64,000 bases of DNA from Euryarchaeota archaeon UBA557 (GCA_002503285.1 DARI01000002.1:150424-214423), one strand, 5' to 3'. Counted from the first letter of the stretch, positions 9,432-19,799 are shown. Numbers and translations: made by a program. Notes: a model not told the origin generated them from the sequence alone.

Positions 9432-11570
9432 TTACTCAACCTCCACGAAGTTGGAGCGGAAACCGAAAGGCTCGAATGCCTCTCCGCTAGAATCATAATA
9501 TTGCCTCATCCATTCTACGAAATGGAGTCGAGCCGCGTGAATGTTTGGACTGAAAATACCTAATGCCCATGCAAATATCTGAACAGATAACCATCCGATA
9601 AAGAATACAGGCACTAAGTATAATTCTGCTTCCATCATTGGTTCCCATAACATATTTCCAGTTTCTGCAATTTTTACACCAACTATTCCTACAGCGAAAA
9701 GACGGACATATGAAATCACTGATGGCATCATACCCATTGCTTCAATAGGTGCAAGAATAAGAGATACTGCAATTGGGATACCATGATACTTGTAAAGTGT
9801 CCAAATCAGCATAGCTACAGAAGACAGTGCAACAATAGCGCCAGGTAGCATCAAATGTTCCACATCAAGGCCATATTTACTGTGACCTAAGTACCCATAT
9901 GAAAAGAAGAATCCCCCAATTAGTAGTAAAATCCAAACCCCATGTTCGAAAAATGCAGCAACCAGGCCTATGTGGCCGTGATCTGTACCATAAAATAACA
10001 CATCTCTGAATCCAATTAGTTTACCAGTAATAATGTGGAAGAATCCAACGTAGATTGTCAATATTATGAGGTCGTTTAGATGCGTTCCTACTCTGTGGAA
10101 TGGGAACGACAGAGTGATGCCGTAGCCTAATTTTGCCACGGGACCATAGCCGTGATCGAGATCAAAGGGGTAAAGGTTGGCGAGGAAAGCCACTGGAGAC
10201 AAATTCTCGCCATACATGTAATGACCACTTGGATCTTTCATATAACTACCATCAGCATAAGTGAGTTTTTCGTAAAGGAAAATTTCCCATCCGGCAAACT
10301 CTGCGTAGATATAGCCAAAAATGAGAGTTCCTAATCCTATGTAAATCAAGAACTTTCCACCGAGTTCAATCATCTCATTGGATTTAGCTTTGCTGAATAC
10401 ATAAGCGCCAAGAGCAAGAGTTACTAATCCATACGCCATATCTCCGAGCATCATTCCAAAGAAAATTGGATAAGTTACAAACATAAATAAAGTAGGATCA
10501 ATTCTTCCATAAGCAGGCCTACCTACAGCATCAGTTAACAATTCCATAGGCTTACTTAATTTCCTTTCATGATAAGAAATCGGAGGCATTTCTTGATGGT
10601 GATGCTCAGAGTGACCATGCCCTCCACCACCTGCCTTTAATTTGAATGGCGTGACTTCGGTGTACAAACAAGTATCTTTCAATGCTGATTGAACTTCATC
10701 AGAACGAGATAATTCCACCCAGCCGTCAATGAAGAATGCATGTTCTGAAACTCCTATTTTAACTGGTGCTGTGAGAATGTTATGATCCCTTTCAATAACT
10801 TCGAGACCACAGGCCAATGATGGCCCGAATTCATCAGACCAAGCATTTATTTCGTCAGAAATAGATTCTTCTTCTGAAATTAAATGATTAATTTTTAATT
10901 GTAATTCAGATAGTAATACAGAGGTTTTTCCTATCATATTTGCTGGAATATTGATTGCTTGGAAGCCTGATTGGTTTAAGCTTGTTTGTACGCGATTTGA
11001 ATGTTCATTTCTTACGAATATTGCTACTACTTTGATTCCATTAGATGTGCCATGAGAATAGATGCCTGAAAAATCACCATCATCAATTTTAGATTCAATC
11101 TCGGAAATACTTCCAGAGATTTTTCCAACAAACGAAGAGAGAGATGAGTACCCAGACAAAAGATCAATATCGATTTCAAGAGATGAAAGTAATTCTAGTA
11201 TTTCTTTTTGTTCTTGAGCACTAGACAGAGAGTTTGTAAGTGACTCAAGGCGGCTACTTTTTTGAAGAAGTTGTTCTACAGCCTCATTTAGACTATTATC
11301 TAATTCAGACCTCACTTTATCTGCAGAAATCGGAGACTCGGGGCCTTTGAAATTAACAATTGAAGCAGCAGATCGTAATTTATTGAGGCGCTTACCTACT
11401 ACTTCGGATTCTTCTTTAGGAATCCCGAGCTTGAAACCGTCATCAGTACCGTCATATTCGATGAAATGTATTGCATTAAGTTTAGCTAAGATATCTAGAA
11501 CCTCATCAATTCTCCCTTTAGAACCAGCGGCTAGTATCCTACCCATGCGCTGCGTTTTAATTTGAGACAT
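9432..11570 (-). CDS. atpI: A/V-type ATP synthase subunit I (a)
   Basis: IDPT, FFGMMLGDMAYG, ISYVRLFA (essential Arg), HAARLHFVEW. Confidence 0.97.
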   Translation of the reverse strand: MSQIKTQRMGRILAAGSKGRIDEVLDILAKLNAIHFIEYDGTDDGFKLGIPKEESEVVGKRLNKLRSAASIVNFKGPESPISADKVRSELDNSLNEAVEQLLQKSSRLESLTNSLSSAQEQKEILELLSSLEIDIDLLSGYSSLSSFVGKISGSISEIESKIDDGDFSGIYSHGTSNGIKVVAIFVRNEHSNRVQTSLNQSGFQAINIPANMIGKTSVLLSELQLKINHLISEEESISDEINAWSDEFGPSLACGLEVIERDHNILTAPVKIGVSEHAFFIDGWVELSRSDEVQSALKDTCLYTEVTPFKLKAGGGGHGHSEHHHQEMPPISYHERKLSKPMELLTDAVGRPAYGRIDPTLFMFVTYPIFFGMMLGDMAYGLVTLALGAYVFSKAKSNEMIELGGKFLIYIGLGTLIFGYIYAEFAGWEIFLYEKLTYADGSYMKDPSGHYMYGENLSPVAFLANLYPFDLDHGYGPVAKLGYGITLSFPFHRVGTHLNDLIILTIYVGFFHIITGKLIGFRDVLFYGTDHGHIGLVAAFFEHGVWILLLIGGFFFSYGYLGHSKYGLDVEHLMLPGAIVALSSVAMLIWTLYKYHGIPIAVSLILAPIEAMGMMPSVISYVRLFAVGIVGVKIAETGNMLWEPMMEAELYLVPVFFIGWLSVQIFAWALGIFSPNIHAARLHFVEWMRQYYDSSGEAFEPFGFRSNFVEVE

Positions 11571-11585
11571 TCTTTACCACCTGAA

Positions 11586-11900
11586 TTATTTTCTAAAATA
11601 GTCAACAACCAATTTAACTGCTTTATCTCGATTCTTTTTGCCAGAGTTATGGACTTTTTCTCCCGCGTCATGTCCTTCCTTGGAAACCATTTCAGCCTCT
11701 GACCCTGCAGATTGCCTAGTCTCAGAAATTAAATTCTGAGCATCAGACTCAGAAATTGATTTACCCTCAACAACGATTTCTGATGCTTTTTGTCTCGCTT
11801 TAGAAATAATCATTGTTGCTTCCTTCTTTGCTTCTGACAGCCTCTCGGTTGCCTCCATTTCTGCATCTTTTATTGCTCTTAGGACATCTGCTCGAGACAT
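11586..11900 (-). CDS. atpH: A-type ATP synthase subunit H (G)
   Basis: 104-aa charged coiled coil, first gene of the operon. Confidence 0.88.
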   Translation of the reverse strand: MSRADVLRAIKDAEMEATERLSEAKKEATMIISKARQKASEIVVEGKSISESDAQNLISETRQSAGSEAEMVSKEGHDAGEKVHNSGKKNRDKAVKLVVDYFRK

Positions 11901-12038
11901 AGTTACACCTTTTATTATCTACGGGACTTGAGAGTAGTTTATCATGGTAACCTATCGCAGGAGTAGAATACTACAAAATAAAAAAATGTGTAATCCCAAG
12001 ATGGAACTAACCAAATATGATGAGTAAGTAGGCGTTAT

Positions 12039-12749
12039 GTGGATACTGAAATAATTGGAGAGTCCGATTGGAAAGAATTGCAACGTAATTTAGAAGCCAC
12101 TATTCCCGTATATGACAGGATAAACAATTTTGCGACATTGGGACAAGTCAAAAGATGGAGGAGTAGAGCGGAAAATTTGCTTCCTAAAGAAGGGCACATC
12201 TTAGAAATTGGATGCGGACCAGGAAGTTTTGCTGAAACTGTAAAGGGACGGAGATTATTTTGCTTGGACCCCATACCTGAAATGTTAAGGATTGCCGAAA
12301 CAAGAGTTAACAAAAGAAGAAAAGAATTAGGATATTCAATGGCAGAATTTCATATAGGAACTGCTGAAAAATTACCATTTGAAGATAATTGTTTCGACGC
12401 AGTCTGTACATTATTTTCATTTAGGGATTGGTTTGATAAAAGAAAGGGATTATCGGAAGCAAAAAGGGTTTTGAAACCAGGAGGCCTGATCATAATCGTA
12501 GACCCGGCGAAAATTAATTCTTTTCATGGCTTTTTAGGATTGATTTGGATGAAATATTGGGTTGGAAGTTATGCAAGATTAATTTGTAAACAAAAAGAAC
12601 ATCCTTGGAAATGGTTAACAAAGACATATGTAAGTTTTGGAACTACAAAAAAATATACAAAAATGCTTAAAGAAGAAGGTTTTGAAGATGTTAAAGGAAA
12701 GATAATATTTCCAGGAATGGCAACAATATGGACTGGTAAAGTAAGTTAA
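12039..12749 (+). CDS. Class I SAM-dependent methyltransferase (UbiE/MenG-like)
   Basis: YDRINN...WR, ILEIGCGPG, AEKLPFEDNCFD, RVLKPGG. Confidence 0.85.
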   Translation: MDTEIIGESDWKELQRNLEATIPVYDRINNFATLGQVKRWRSRAENLLPKEGHILEIGCGPGSFAETVKGRRLFCLDPIPEMLRIAETRVNKRRKELGYSMAEFHIGTAEKLPFEDNCFDAVCTLFSFRDWFDKRKGLSEAKRVLKPGGLIIIVDPAKINSFHGFLGLIWMKYWVGSYARLICKQKEHPWKWLTKTYVSFGTTKKYTKMLKEEGFEDVKGKIIFPGMATIWTGKVS

Positions 12750-13852
12750 TGTTTCGTTAATTTAAAAAATGATCTACACGTAATTGCATTCCATATAAAA
12801 GGTTTAGTAAATCGGTTAAATAATATATTTATCATCCAATCGGGTAATCTAAATATTATACTTCCTAACTTAAATGCTCTTTTGGAATTTCTCATCACTT
12901 TTCCCATTTGATGCTTCCACCTAATTTCATATTCAATCAAAGGCAATCCAGAACTTAAATGTTCAGAAATAACTTGGCCTGCAATTCTGCCCCCTACCAT
13001 GGCTATAGTTATTCCAGCTCCGTTTGAAGGTAGGACCATACCGGCAGCATCACCAACAATGAGATAATTTTTATTTACAAATGAATTGATTGTTCCTGAC
13101 ATCGGAAGTGATCCTGCCCCCTTAAATGTTATATTACCTTTATAGTTTGAAACGAATTCGTCTGTAAAATCATTTATTGATTTACCTTTAGAAAAACTTC
13201 TTTGGATTCCCAAACCGATGTTTGCACCATTTTTTTTAGGAAACATCCATGCATATCCGCCAGGTGCAATCGAGCCAAAATGTAATTCTACCGAATCAGA
13301 AAAAATTCCATCCATGAGAACAAACTTTACCGGAATATTCAAAGATTTATCTGACCAGAATTTTTTACGTAATGGGTCATTATGACCGCCAGCACCAACT
13401 ATTATTTTTGCCCTTAACTTCATCCCACATTTTAGAATCACATATTCTCCTTCAACTTCCAAAACTCGTTTCCCTAAGAGGTATTTTGCACCATAGGATT
13501 TAGCCAATTTTACTAATTCCTCATCATGCCTAACTCGATTGAGTATTAATCCTTCGAATTTATACTTTAGAGATTTTCCCGATGGGGGAACTAGATGCAT
13601 TTCTTCCGTACGCCTAGAAATGGCCTCATCTGAAGTTCTGAAAAGATCATCCATATCGGGGACATTTGGGCACAGACGTCGCATTTCATCATTAGTAGGT
13701 ACTAATTCTCCACATTGCAGTGGAGAACCTATCGGATTTCGTCCATCTACAACAAGCACCTTATGTCCATTTTTGGCTATATATCTAGCAGTAGTAGATC
13801 CAGCCGGACCCCCACCTATTATTATTACGTCCCAAACCTCATCTTCGACCAT
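12746..13852 (-). CDS. Geranylgeranyl reductase family flavoprotein (digeranylgeranylglycerophospholipid reductase-like)
   Basis: GGGPAGS, CGE, PGGYAWMFPK, VGDAAG..P..GAGI. Confidence 0.9.
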   Translation of the reverse strand: MVEDEVWDVIIIGGGPAGSTTARYIAKNGHKVLVVDGRNPIGSPLQCGELVPTNDEMRRLCPNVPDMDDLFRTSDEAISRRTEEMHLVPPSGKSLKYKFEGLILNRVRHDEELVKLAKSYGAKYLLGKRVLEVEGEYVILKCGMKLRAKIIVGAGGHNDPLRKKFWSDKSLNIPVKFVLMDGIFSDSVELHFGSIAPGGYAWMFPKKNGANIGLGIQRSFSKGKSINDFTDEFVSNYKGNITFKGAGSLPMSGTINSFVNKNYLIVGDAAGMVLPSNGAGITIAMVGGRIAGQVISEHLSSGLPLIEYEIRWKHQMGKVMRNSKRAFKLGSIIFRLPDWMINILFNRFTKPFIWNAITCRSFFKLTKH

Positions 13853-13874
13853 AATGGCACCATCATTTTAATAA

Positions 13875-14855
13875 TTATAATCTCCTATTTTGCGAAGCAA
13901 TGGCTATATCTTTCATTAAATTTTTGGCGTTACTTTCAGGCAATAAGTCGAGATGATTTAATGCCCTATCTATATGATTCATGATTAACTGCTTGACATA
14001 TTCAAATGAGCCTGATTTTACTAGTAAGGTAGTTAATTCCTGCCACCTATCATCACTAAAATTATTCAGAATATCTGCTAGTTGTTCTCTTTCAATACCA
14101 TGAAGGATTGTTAAAGAATGTATTAATGGCAACGTCATTTTACCTTCATGGACATCAGTTCCCTTTGGTTTACCCATAGAAGTATCTCCAGTTAAATCAA
14201 GTAAATCATCAACCAATTGAAAGGCTCGACCTAATTCTATTCCAAAATTTTCTAAAGATTTGATGACATCTGAGTTTGCTCCTGCAATTATTCCGGCACA
14301 CGAACAAGCCGAGGCGAATACTCCGGCGGTTTTACCATCTACTATTGAATAATAATTTTCTGGAGTTGTACTTAAATTACTAATATGTTCAAACTGTAAT
14401 AATTCTCCAGAAGCAAGATTAGCAGCTGATTTTGCCATTTTTTCGATTACTATATTATCGTATTTTCCGCCTAATGAAAATCCAATAACAAATAAATAAT
14501 CTCCTGCGATAATTGCATGAGACAAACCATGACTGGTATGTAAAGTGGGCATTCCTCTCCTAGTTTTAGACTGATCATAAACATCGTCATGAATCAGTGT
14601 TGCAGTATGAATTATTTCTGATGCCAGGGCCAGATCCATTACTATTGATTCATCTTTTCCCCCGGCTGCATCAAATGCTAATAGTGCCAAAATAGGGCGA
14701 AATCTTTTACCTCCTACCAGTAATATATCTCTTACAAGCGACATTGTGGGAGCCTCATTACCTGCCATTTTATGCAATACTAATTCCTCTAAAGCCTCAT
14801 CAATACGATTTTTTATATCTGATAAGTACGGGTTGGTAAAGAATACATTTTCCAT
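13875..14855 (-). CDS. Polyprenyl diphosphate synthase (IdsA/GGPP synthase family)
   Basis: GGKRFRP, first Asp-rich motif LIHDDVYD..RRG, second motif FQLVDDLLD. Start placed at ATG 14855. Confidence 0.92.
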   Translation of the reverse strand: MENVFFTNPYLSDIKNRIDEALEELVLHKMAGNEAPTMSLVRDILLVGGKRFRPILALLAFDAAGGKDESIVMDLALASEIIHTATLIHDDVYDQSKTRRGMPTLHTSHGLSHAIIAGDYLFVIGFSLGGKYDNIVIEKMAKSAANLASGELLQFEHISNLSTTPENYYSIVDGKTAGVFASACSCAGIIAGANSDVIKSLENFGIELGRAFQLVDDLLDLTGDTSMGKPKGTDVHEGKMTLPLIHSLTILHGIEREQLADILNNFSDDRWQELTTLLVKSGSFEYVKQLIMNHIDRALNHLDLLPESNAKNLMKDIAIASQNRRL

Positions 14856-14946
14856 ATTATTGTAACGACTAGTAGGGGTCGCATATATCAACAAGTGTGT
14901 GTGCGCTCGTAACGAGTACAGTACGTACTCCCAAAAGGTGGACGCG

Positions 14947-16017
14947 ATGGGTAATAAAATTAATATCGTTACTTTAAATTCCTTTGATTGTAATGTTACA
15001 GAAATATTAACAACTAATCTAAGTTCAAACGGAATTAAGAATATTGATGCAGAAATTTCAATAGGGACTGGATTGAATAGTAGTTTGGAAGAACTTAGTC
15101 AAGGCAAATTTGATGTTTTAGCCCTTCCAGCAGTTGATTTGCATGGAAATGAAACAGATATGATTAGATTTGAATGTGAGGTAAATGGTGCAATCACTCC
15201 AAAAAGACCAAATTTTTTATTAATTTCTGAAAATAAAATTGATTATCAACCTAAATCTGCGATTATTCTTTGTGATTATAAAATAATAAGAAGGCAATTG
15301 AGAAGATCAAGAAAGGATTTAAGAGTCCTTAGTAGTGAAGCTTTCTTATCAATATCTAAACTGAATTTAGAACATGAAAATCAAATTGAAAAAATAAAAT
15401 GGATGGAAGAAAGTAAAAAGGATGGAATCATAGATGGTTATGTAACTTCTAGAAAAATGTATGATGAATTAAGCCTAAATGGGAGAAGGCATACTTTACT
15501 TCCAGATCCTAAAGATAGAGGTGGTTCACATTTTCTTCCCTTACCTTATTCAGATTTAATTATATTAATAGTTAGGAAGAGTTCTCCTAAATCTTTAACT
15601 AATTCAATATCTGAAAAAGAGGGTGTTACTATTTGGTGGATTCAAAATAAAATTATTGGTAAAATAGAATCATCTGAATTACAAAATTTAGGAATCTTAG
15701 TTAGGCACAGAAGAGTAAGATCATTAATGGAAGAAGCAGAAAAAAATAAAGATTTGACACTAGAGCAAGCGTGTCATGATTCTGAAGGTGAAGTTTTGGA
15801 TTCTGAAGTACACGTTGAAATTAAAATGGAAAAAATTTCAAAAAATGGTAAGAGGACAGTTGGCATACAGCGATTAATACCAATATCTAAATTCGAATAT
15901 GCCACAATATCATTGATTAAAGATTGGAATATCATGCTGAAAGAGGCTTCACAAGAGATACCACATGATTTTGATGTAGATATTATGGGAGAACCATTTA
16001 TTGATTTAAATGAGTAA
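14947..16017 (+). CDS. Divergent porphobilinogen deaminase (HemC)-like protein, probably non-catalytic
   Basis: LEELSQGKFDVLALPAVDL and RRQLRRSRKDLRV echo HemC motifs. Start ATG 14947 follows SD AAGGTGG. Confidence 0.45.
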   Translation: MGNKINIVTLNSFDCNVTEILTTNLSSNGIKNIDAEISIGTGLNSSLEELSQGKFDVLALPAVDLHGNETDMIRFECEVNGAITPKRPNFLLISENKIDYQPKSAIILCDYKIIRRQLRRSRKDLRVLSSEAFLSISKLNLEHENQIEKIKWMEESKKDGIIDGYVTSRKMYDELSLNGRRHTLLPDPKDRGGSHFLPLPYSDLIILIVRKSSPKSLTNSISEKEGVTIWWIQNKIIGKIESSELQNLGILVRHRRVRSLMEEAEKNKDLTLEQACHDSEGEVLDSEVHVEIKMEKISKNGKRTVGIQRLIPISKFEYATISLIKDWNIMLKEASQEIPHDFDVDIMGEPFIDLNE

Positions 16018-16112
16018 TCATTTATTTTATATTGTTAAAAGTATAGTTTTATTATAAAATTAAGCGGAATCAATATCAGTTAGATGGCCCTAGCATCAAA
16101 GGAGGGAACGTA

Positions 16113-17042
16113 TTGAGCATTGATATGATTTTATTAGATTCCCTCTATAAAAAAAAATTAACAGGACTTAGGGATTTTGCTGAAAATAGAGGGATAACTA
16201 AAAATGGATCTGTAGAAGTTCTAAGAGCTAGGCTGATTAAAAATGAAATACTTGGATTATGTGACTTATCTTGGGATGGAATTCAGGCTATATCTCACAA
16301 AGAAATTGGAGAAATATTAAAAATATTTGGAATAAAATCTTCTGGTTCACACAAAGAGAGAAGGCAACGATTATGGCTTCATTTAAATTTTGATTCAAGA
16401 AGAATGACCATAGAAAGACTTGTGGAATTAGATAGAGAGACATTGTATGATTTATGTCAGAAACTAGAAATGCCATTAACAGGAACTAGGGCAGTATTAA
16501 TGGGAAGAGTAGCGGGAGTACTGACTAATCATTTGAACGGTTGGGGGAAAATAAAGCGGAACCTCAATAGAAATGGATTGAAATTAGATAATGACAATTT
16601 ATTATTAAATGAAATATTGGGTTCACAAGTGGAAAATGATAAAAGTTATGAAGATTTTATAATTCCAGTTCCCATTGCCACGTTAGAAGATGCAAAGGAT
16701 TTATTGAAAATTGGAATTGAAAAAGAAGATGAAAAAATAAAAAATGATATAAAATTGATAATATCTAGAATAGAGGATCTAGATAGATTAATTGGGACAA
16801 TATTAAAGCAATATATGGGTAAATGGAGTCAGAAAGAAAGAGATTTATTGATCCGTTTGGCAACAAGAACTGAGTGGCCAATTGAAGAGAAAATTGTTAA
16901 AAAAAGGTTTATAGCCGTATCAAATGATATTGCTGAAGCAAAAGGTGCATCAATGATTGAAATAAATATAGTTGGATCTAAGGTAAATATGAGTACTGAA
17001 GAAACAATAGAAAGAATTAGGTCAAAAATAAATAATTTTTAA
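16113..17042 (+). CDS. Protein with three SAP-like (helix-extension-helix) DNA-binding motifs
   Basis: Three repeats of the SAP pattern L....L...G....G.(K/R)..L..RL; TTG start with SD GGAGG. Confidence 0.65.
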   Translation: MSIDMILLDSLYKKKLTGLRDFAENRGITKNGSVEVLRARLIKNEILGLCDLSWDGIQAISHKEIGEILKIFGIKSSGSHKERRQRLWLHLNFDSRRMTIERLVELDRETLYDLCQKLEMPLTGTRAVLMGRVAGVLTNHLNGWGKIKRNLNRNGLKLDNDNLLLNEILGSQVENDKSYEDFIIPVPIATLEDAKDLLKIGIEKEDEKIKNDIKLIISRIEDLDRLIGTILKQYMGKWSQKERDLLIRLATRTEWPIEEKIVKKRFIAVSNDIAEAKGASMIEINIVGSKVNMSTEETIERIRSKINNF

Positions 17043-17050
17043 AGAGAGGT

Positions 17051-17983
17051 TTATTCAGGTAATCGAAAAAACCCAAATCTTGGCTCAAGTATTTCGCTTC
17101 GTAAATCTCTTAAATCTTCAATCGAGTCCTCAGCAAGTTCTCGTGAAATTCCTACCAAGGTACAAGCTTCAACCAATACATCATACTCCACGCCAACGCC
17201 GGTGTCCAGTCTCTTGATTGCCTCAATTATTACTTGAGAAGCATCTTTAGAATTTAATTTTGAAGAATTATTATCAATAACAGGTACGCTTTCAATTATT
17301 TCAGAGTTCTCAATTTCGGGAGCATTTGTCCTACCTAGGGCACTAGATAATGCTTTCAAAATTCCCAAGCGATAGACCTCAGAATCAAACTCTGGATAAT
17401 GTTGTCTTGCCATTATTGTTCCTTCTATTAAGTCATTAGGGACGCCTGAGGACTTCATAGATTCCTGAGTTAGATCTGCCTCTATAGAATTGTCATGAGA
17501 ATTAAGCCTTCTCAGAGTTGCATCAGAGGTATCAATTAACCAATTTAAGTATGTTTCTTGATTTATAATACAAAATTCTTCTGCTCGAAATGAGGTAAAA
17601 ATTCCACCTTCCTCTCCTTCAAACCAGTTCGATTTACCAATAAGTGCCATCAAGAATCGGTCGCCGGATTCAAATCTAGCATGCAATTCTTCTATATCTA
17701 ATTGCAACTCTGTTTGAAATGGTGCTACATTGAATCTATGATTTCCTGTTGGGTCCCTCAATACTCCACTAAAACTTGGCCCGTTATCTCCTTCCCTTCT
17801 GTCAAGCCTTTCAATTACGCCACACACTAATGCACGATTCACCATTATGCCTAATTTAGTGATTACGAAGGCTGGATCATATTCTCCCGAACCCCTAGAA
17901 GTAAGATTTGCTTCAGCAAACTCTTGGGCAAAAATTCTAATTGCAGATTGCCTTTTTATTCTTTTGCTTCCTTCTGAAATCAT
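17051..17983 (-). CDS. RPA second subunit / RPA-associated protein (OB fold plus C-terminal winged helix)
   Basis: RIFAQEF, VITKLG..VNRALVCG, DPTG, terminal ILEPRFG. ATG 17983 overlaps the rpa stop (ATGA). Confidence 0.85.
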   Translation of the reverse strand: MISEGSKRIKRQSAIRIFAQEFAEANLTSRGSGEYDPAFVITKLGIMVNRALVCGVIERLDRREGDNGPSFSGVLRDPTGNHRFNVAPFQTELQLDIEELHARFESGDRFLMALIGKSNWFEGEEGGIFTSFRAEEFCIINQETYLNWLIDTSDATLRRLNSHDNSIEADLTQESMKSSGVPNDLIEGTIMARQHYPEFDSEVYRLGILKALSSALGRTNAPEIENSEIIESVPVIDNNSSKLNSKDASQVIIEAIKRLDTGVGVEYDVLVEACTLVGISRELAEDSIEDLRDLRSEILEPRFGFFRLPE

Positions 17984-19668
17984 AATTCTACCCCCCATTT
18001 ATTCATTATTCTAAGTGCTTCATCTTTCACTGGAATCTGTAATAATTGCATTTCCTCTGCAAGTATCATTATGCCCTGGCCATCTATTAATGCCCGCCCC
18101 TTAACATTTACTTTCTTTGAAAGTAAAGAATTACGTAAATGATTAATAAATCCATCTGGACCTAATGAAGATATTTGAGATTTTATTCCATCGGATTTTT
18201 GTTGTAAAAATAATTCAGATGGTTCTTTAGAAAGTAATAATGAGGCATTAGATATTCCATTGTCAAGAACGAATCTTAATCTTATATCTTCATTTCCTTC
18301 CATCATCCCATGTTCAGAACAAGCATCATCCCTCAATACTCTACGACATTTTGTGCACCTGTAAATTATGCCCGAATCTTTTCTAACTGAAACTATTGTG
18401 CCTGAAACACTGATCCCTCTCCTAGAGCCTCCATTTGATAAACTATCAATATCAACTTCAACCCAATGATTACTAGGATCTATATCATCCCAAGGAGGAT
18501 TGGATAGATTTGTAATTTGTTCCAATTCATCAACTACTAAATCTGGAGAACCTTGCCAAAATTGAGCTCTTGCAGAATTAATTTGGATATAATCTCCAAC
18601 CTTTGGGTTAAATTCGCACCATGCAGTCAATCTACATCGGCCAGTTGGATCCATAACGTCGCCGCTCCTAACTACACGTTCTATACCATCTTCGGAAGTG
18701 AATGTCCTTTCTTCCCATGAAGTGATTTGTAATATTATTGAAATATCTCTCATCCCATTTCTTAAATCAGAAATACTGGATATCGAAGTTTTAGATAAAT
18801 TAACTATATCTGGGAAACTATTATCAATATATAATTCTATTTTTGCATCATTACTGATATTAATTTCAGGAGTGTCGCGGAATTTACGGATGGAAATGTT
18901 ATTTAATTTTATTAAATCTCCTTCATTAAATTCAAAAGGTACCCATGACAAAAAGCCTATATTTCCAGATTCATCTGCAATTTTACCTCTAAAAATATCT
19001 AATGTACCACTACCATCTTTTTTCACTATCACATCACTTTTAACAGAAATTACTCTTCCTATTGTACTACCAAAACCTTCATTTTCAGATATTTTAGCAA
19101 TATTCAATGGTTCATTAGATATTTGTATTGGTGAAGAGTTACCTTCTTGAAGAGTAGTGACCCTAGTTGATCTGTTAATATTAATAGATTTTTTTCCATT
19201 CCACTCATTTACAGATACTCCTTCTAACCGGACAATAGAGTTAGGAGAAAGATACTTCGAATGTTGTCCCCAATCTTTGAAGTCCCAGCGTTCACGGCTA
19301 TTGGATTCCTCCCACGGATTATCCTCAATCCATCCAAATGCAATTTGTTTTTCTTCACCCCTTACATTTTGTATTCTAGGCGTATAAGTTGCCACAAATA
19401 CTTCAATAGTTATGTTTTTATCATCAGAATTTAATTCGGAAAATCTGGTAACTTTTTTCTCGATTTTTTGAGGTACTGAAAAAGTAGTCTCTTCTTTCCC
19501 AGTAGCTAATTGAAATTTTCTAATTACAGACCTTAGGGCATCTTCTGGAGGTATTAAAAATTCTTCTTCATACCTTTTAAATTCTTCAAAAATATCGTTT
19601 TCAGATGAATCTGGGCATTCTTGTTTAACTGTTTTAATCTGTAAATCATATTTTCCATCATTAGACAT
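17980..19668 (-). CDS. rpa: Replication protein A large subunit (multiple OB folds plus Zn finger)
   Basis: OB motifs IADESG, VMDPTG, VLDNG; Zn finger CTKC..(x8)..CSEH. Confidence 0.9.
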   Translation of the reverse strand: MSNDGKYDLQIKTVKQECPDSSENDIFEEFKRYEEEFLIPPEDALRSVIRKFQLATGKEETTFSVPQKIEKKVTRFSELNSDDKNITIEVFVATYTPRIQNVRGEEKQIAFGWIEDNPWEESNSRERWDFKDWGQHSKYLSPNSIVRLEGVSVNEWNGKKSININRSTRVTTLQEGNSSPIQISNEPLNIAKISENEGFGSTIGRVISVKSDVIVKKDGSGTLDIFRGKIADESGNIGFLSWVPFEFNEGDLIKLNNISIRKFRDTPEINISNDAKIELYIDNSFPDIVNLSKTSISSISDLRNGMRDISIILQITSWEERTFTSEDGIERVVRSGDVMDPTGRCRLTAWCEFNPKVGDYIQINSARAQFWQGSPDLVVDELEQITNLSNPPWDDIDPSNHWVEVDIDSLSNGGSRRGISVSGTIVSVRKDSGIIYRCTKCRRVLRDDACSEHGMMEGNEDIRLRFVLDNGISNASLLLSKEPSELFLQQKSDGIKSQISSLGPDGFINHLRNSLLSKKVNVKGRALIDGQGIMILAEEMQLLQIPVKDEALRIMNKWGVEL

Positions 19669-19682
19669 TCATATCACCAAAA

Positions 19683-19799
19683 TTAGAGGTCAACAAAATT
19701 TGAGTCTACGGCAGAAAATAATTTGTCGATGCGAAAGTATCGAATTATCGTTCTCATTACAGGTGTGATTATACGTGCAATTTGGGGTAGACTCAACAC
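19683..19799 (-). CDS. Unannotated 38-aa small ORF upstream of rpa
   Basis: GAGGTG SD (19805-19810) lies 5 nt before GTG. The frame reads MLSLPQIARIITPVMRTIIRYFRIDKLFSAVDSNFVDL and stops 14 nt before the rpa ATG. Confidence 0.55.
   Translation of the reverse strand: MLSLPQIARIITPVMRTIIRYFRIDKLFSAVDSNFVDL

Noticed and set aside
14856..14946. Extended starts in the ORF track for the prenyl synthase (14894) and HemC-like gene (14899)
   Set aside because: They leave no room for divergent promoters; downstream ATGs fit better. The same logic was applied to nfo, panB, PI-PLC and korA; atpC was moved on SD evidence.
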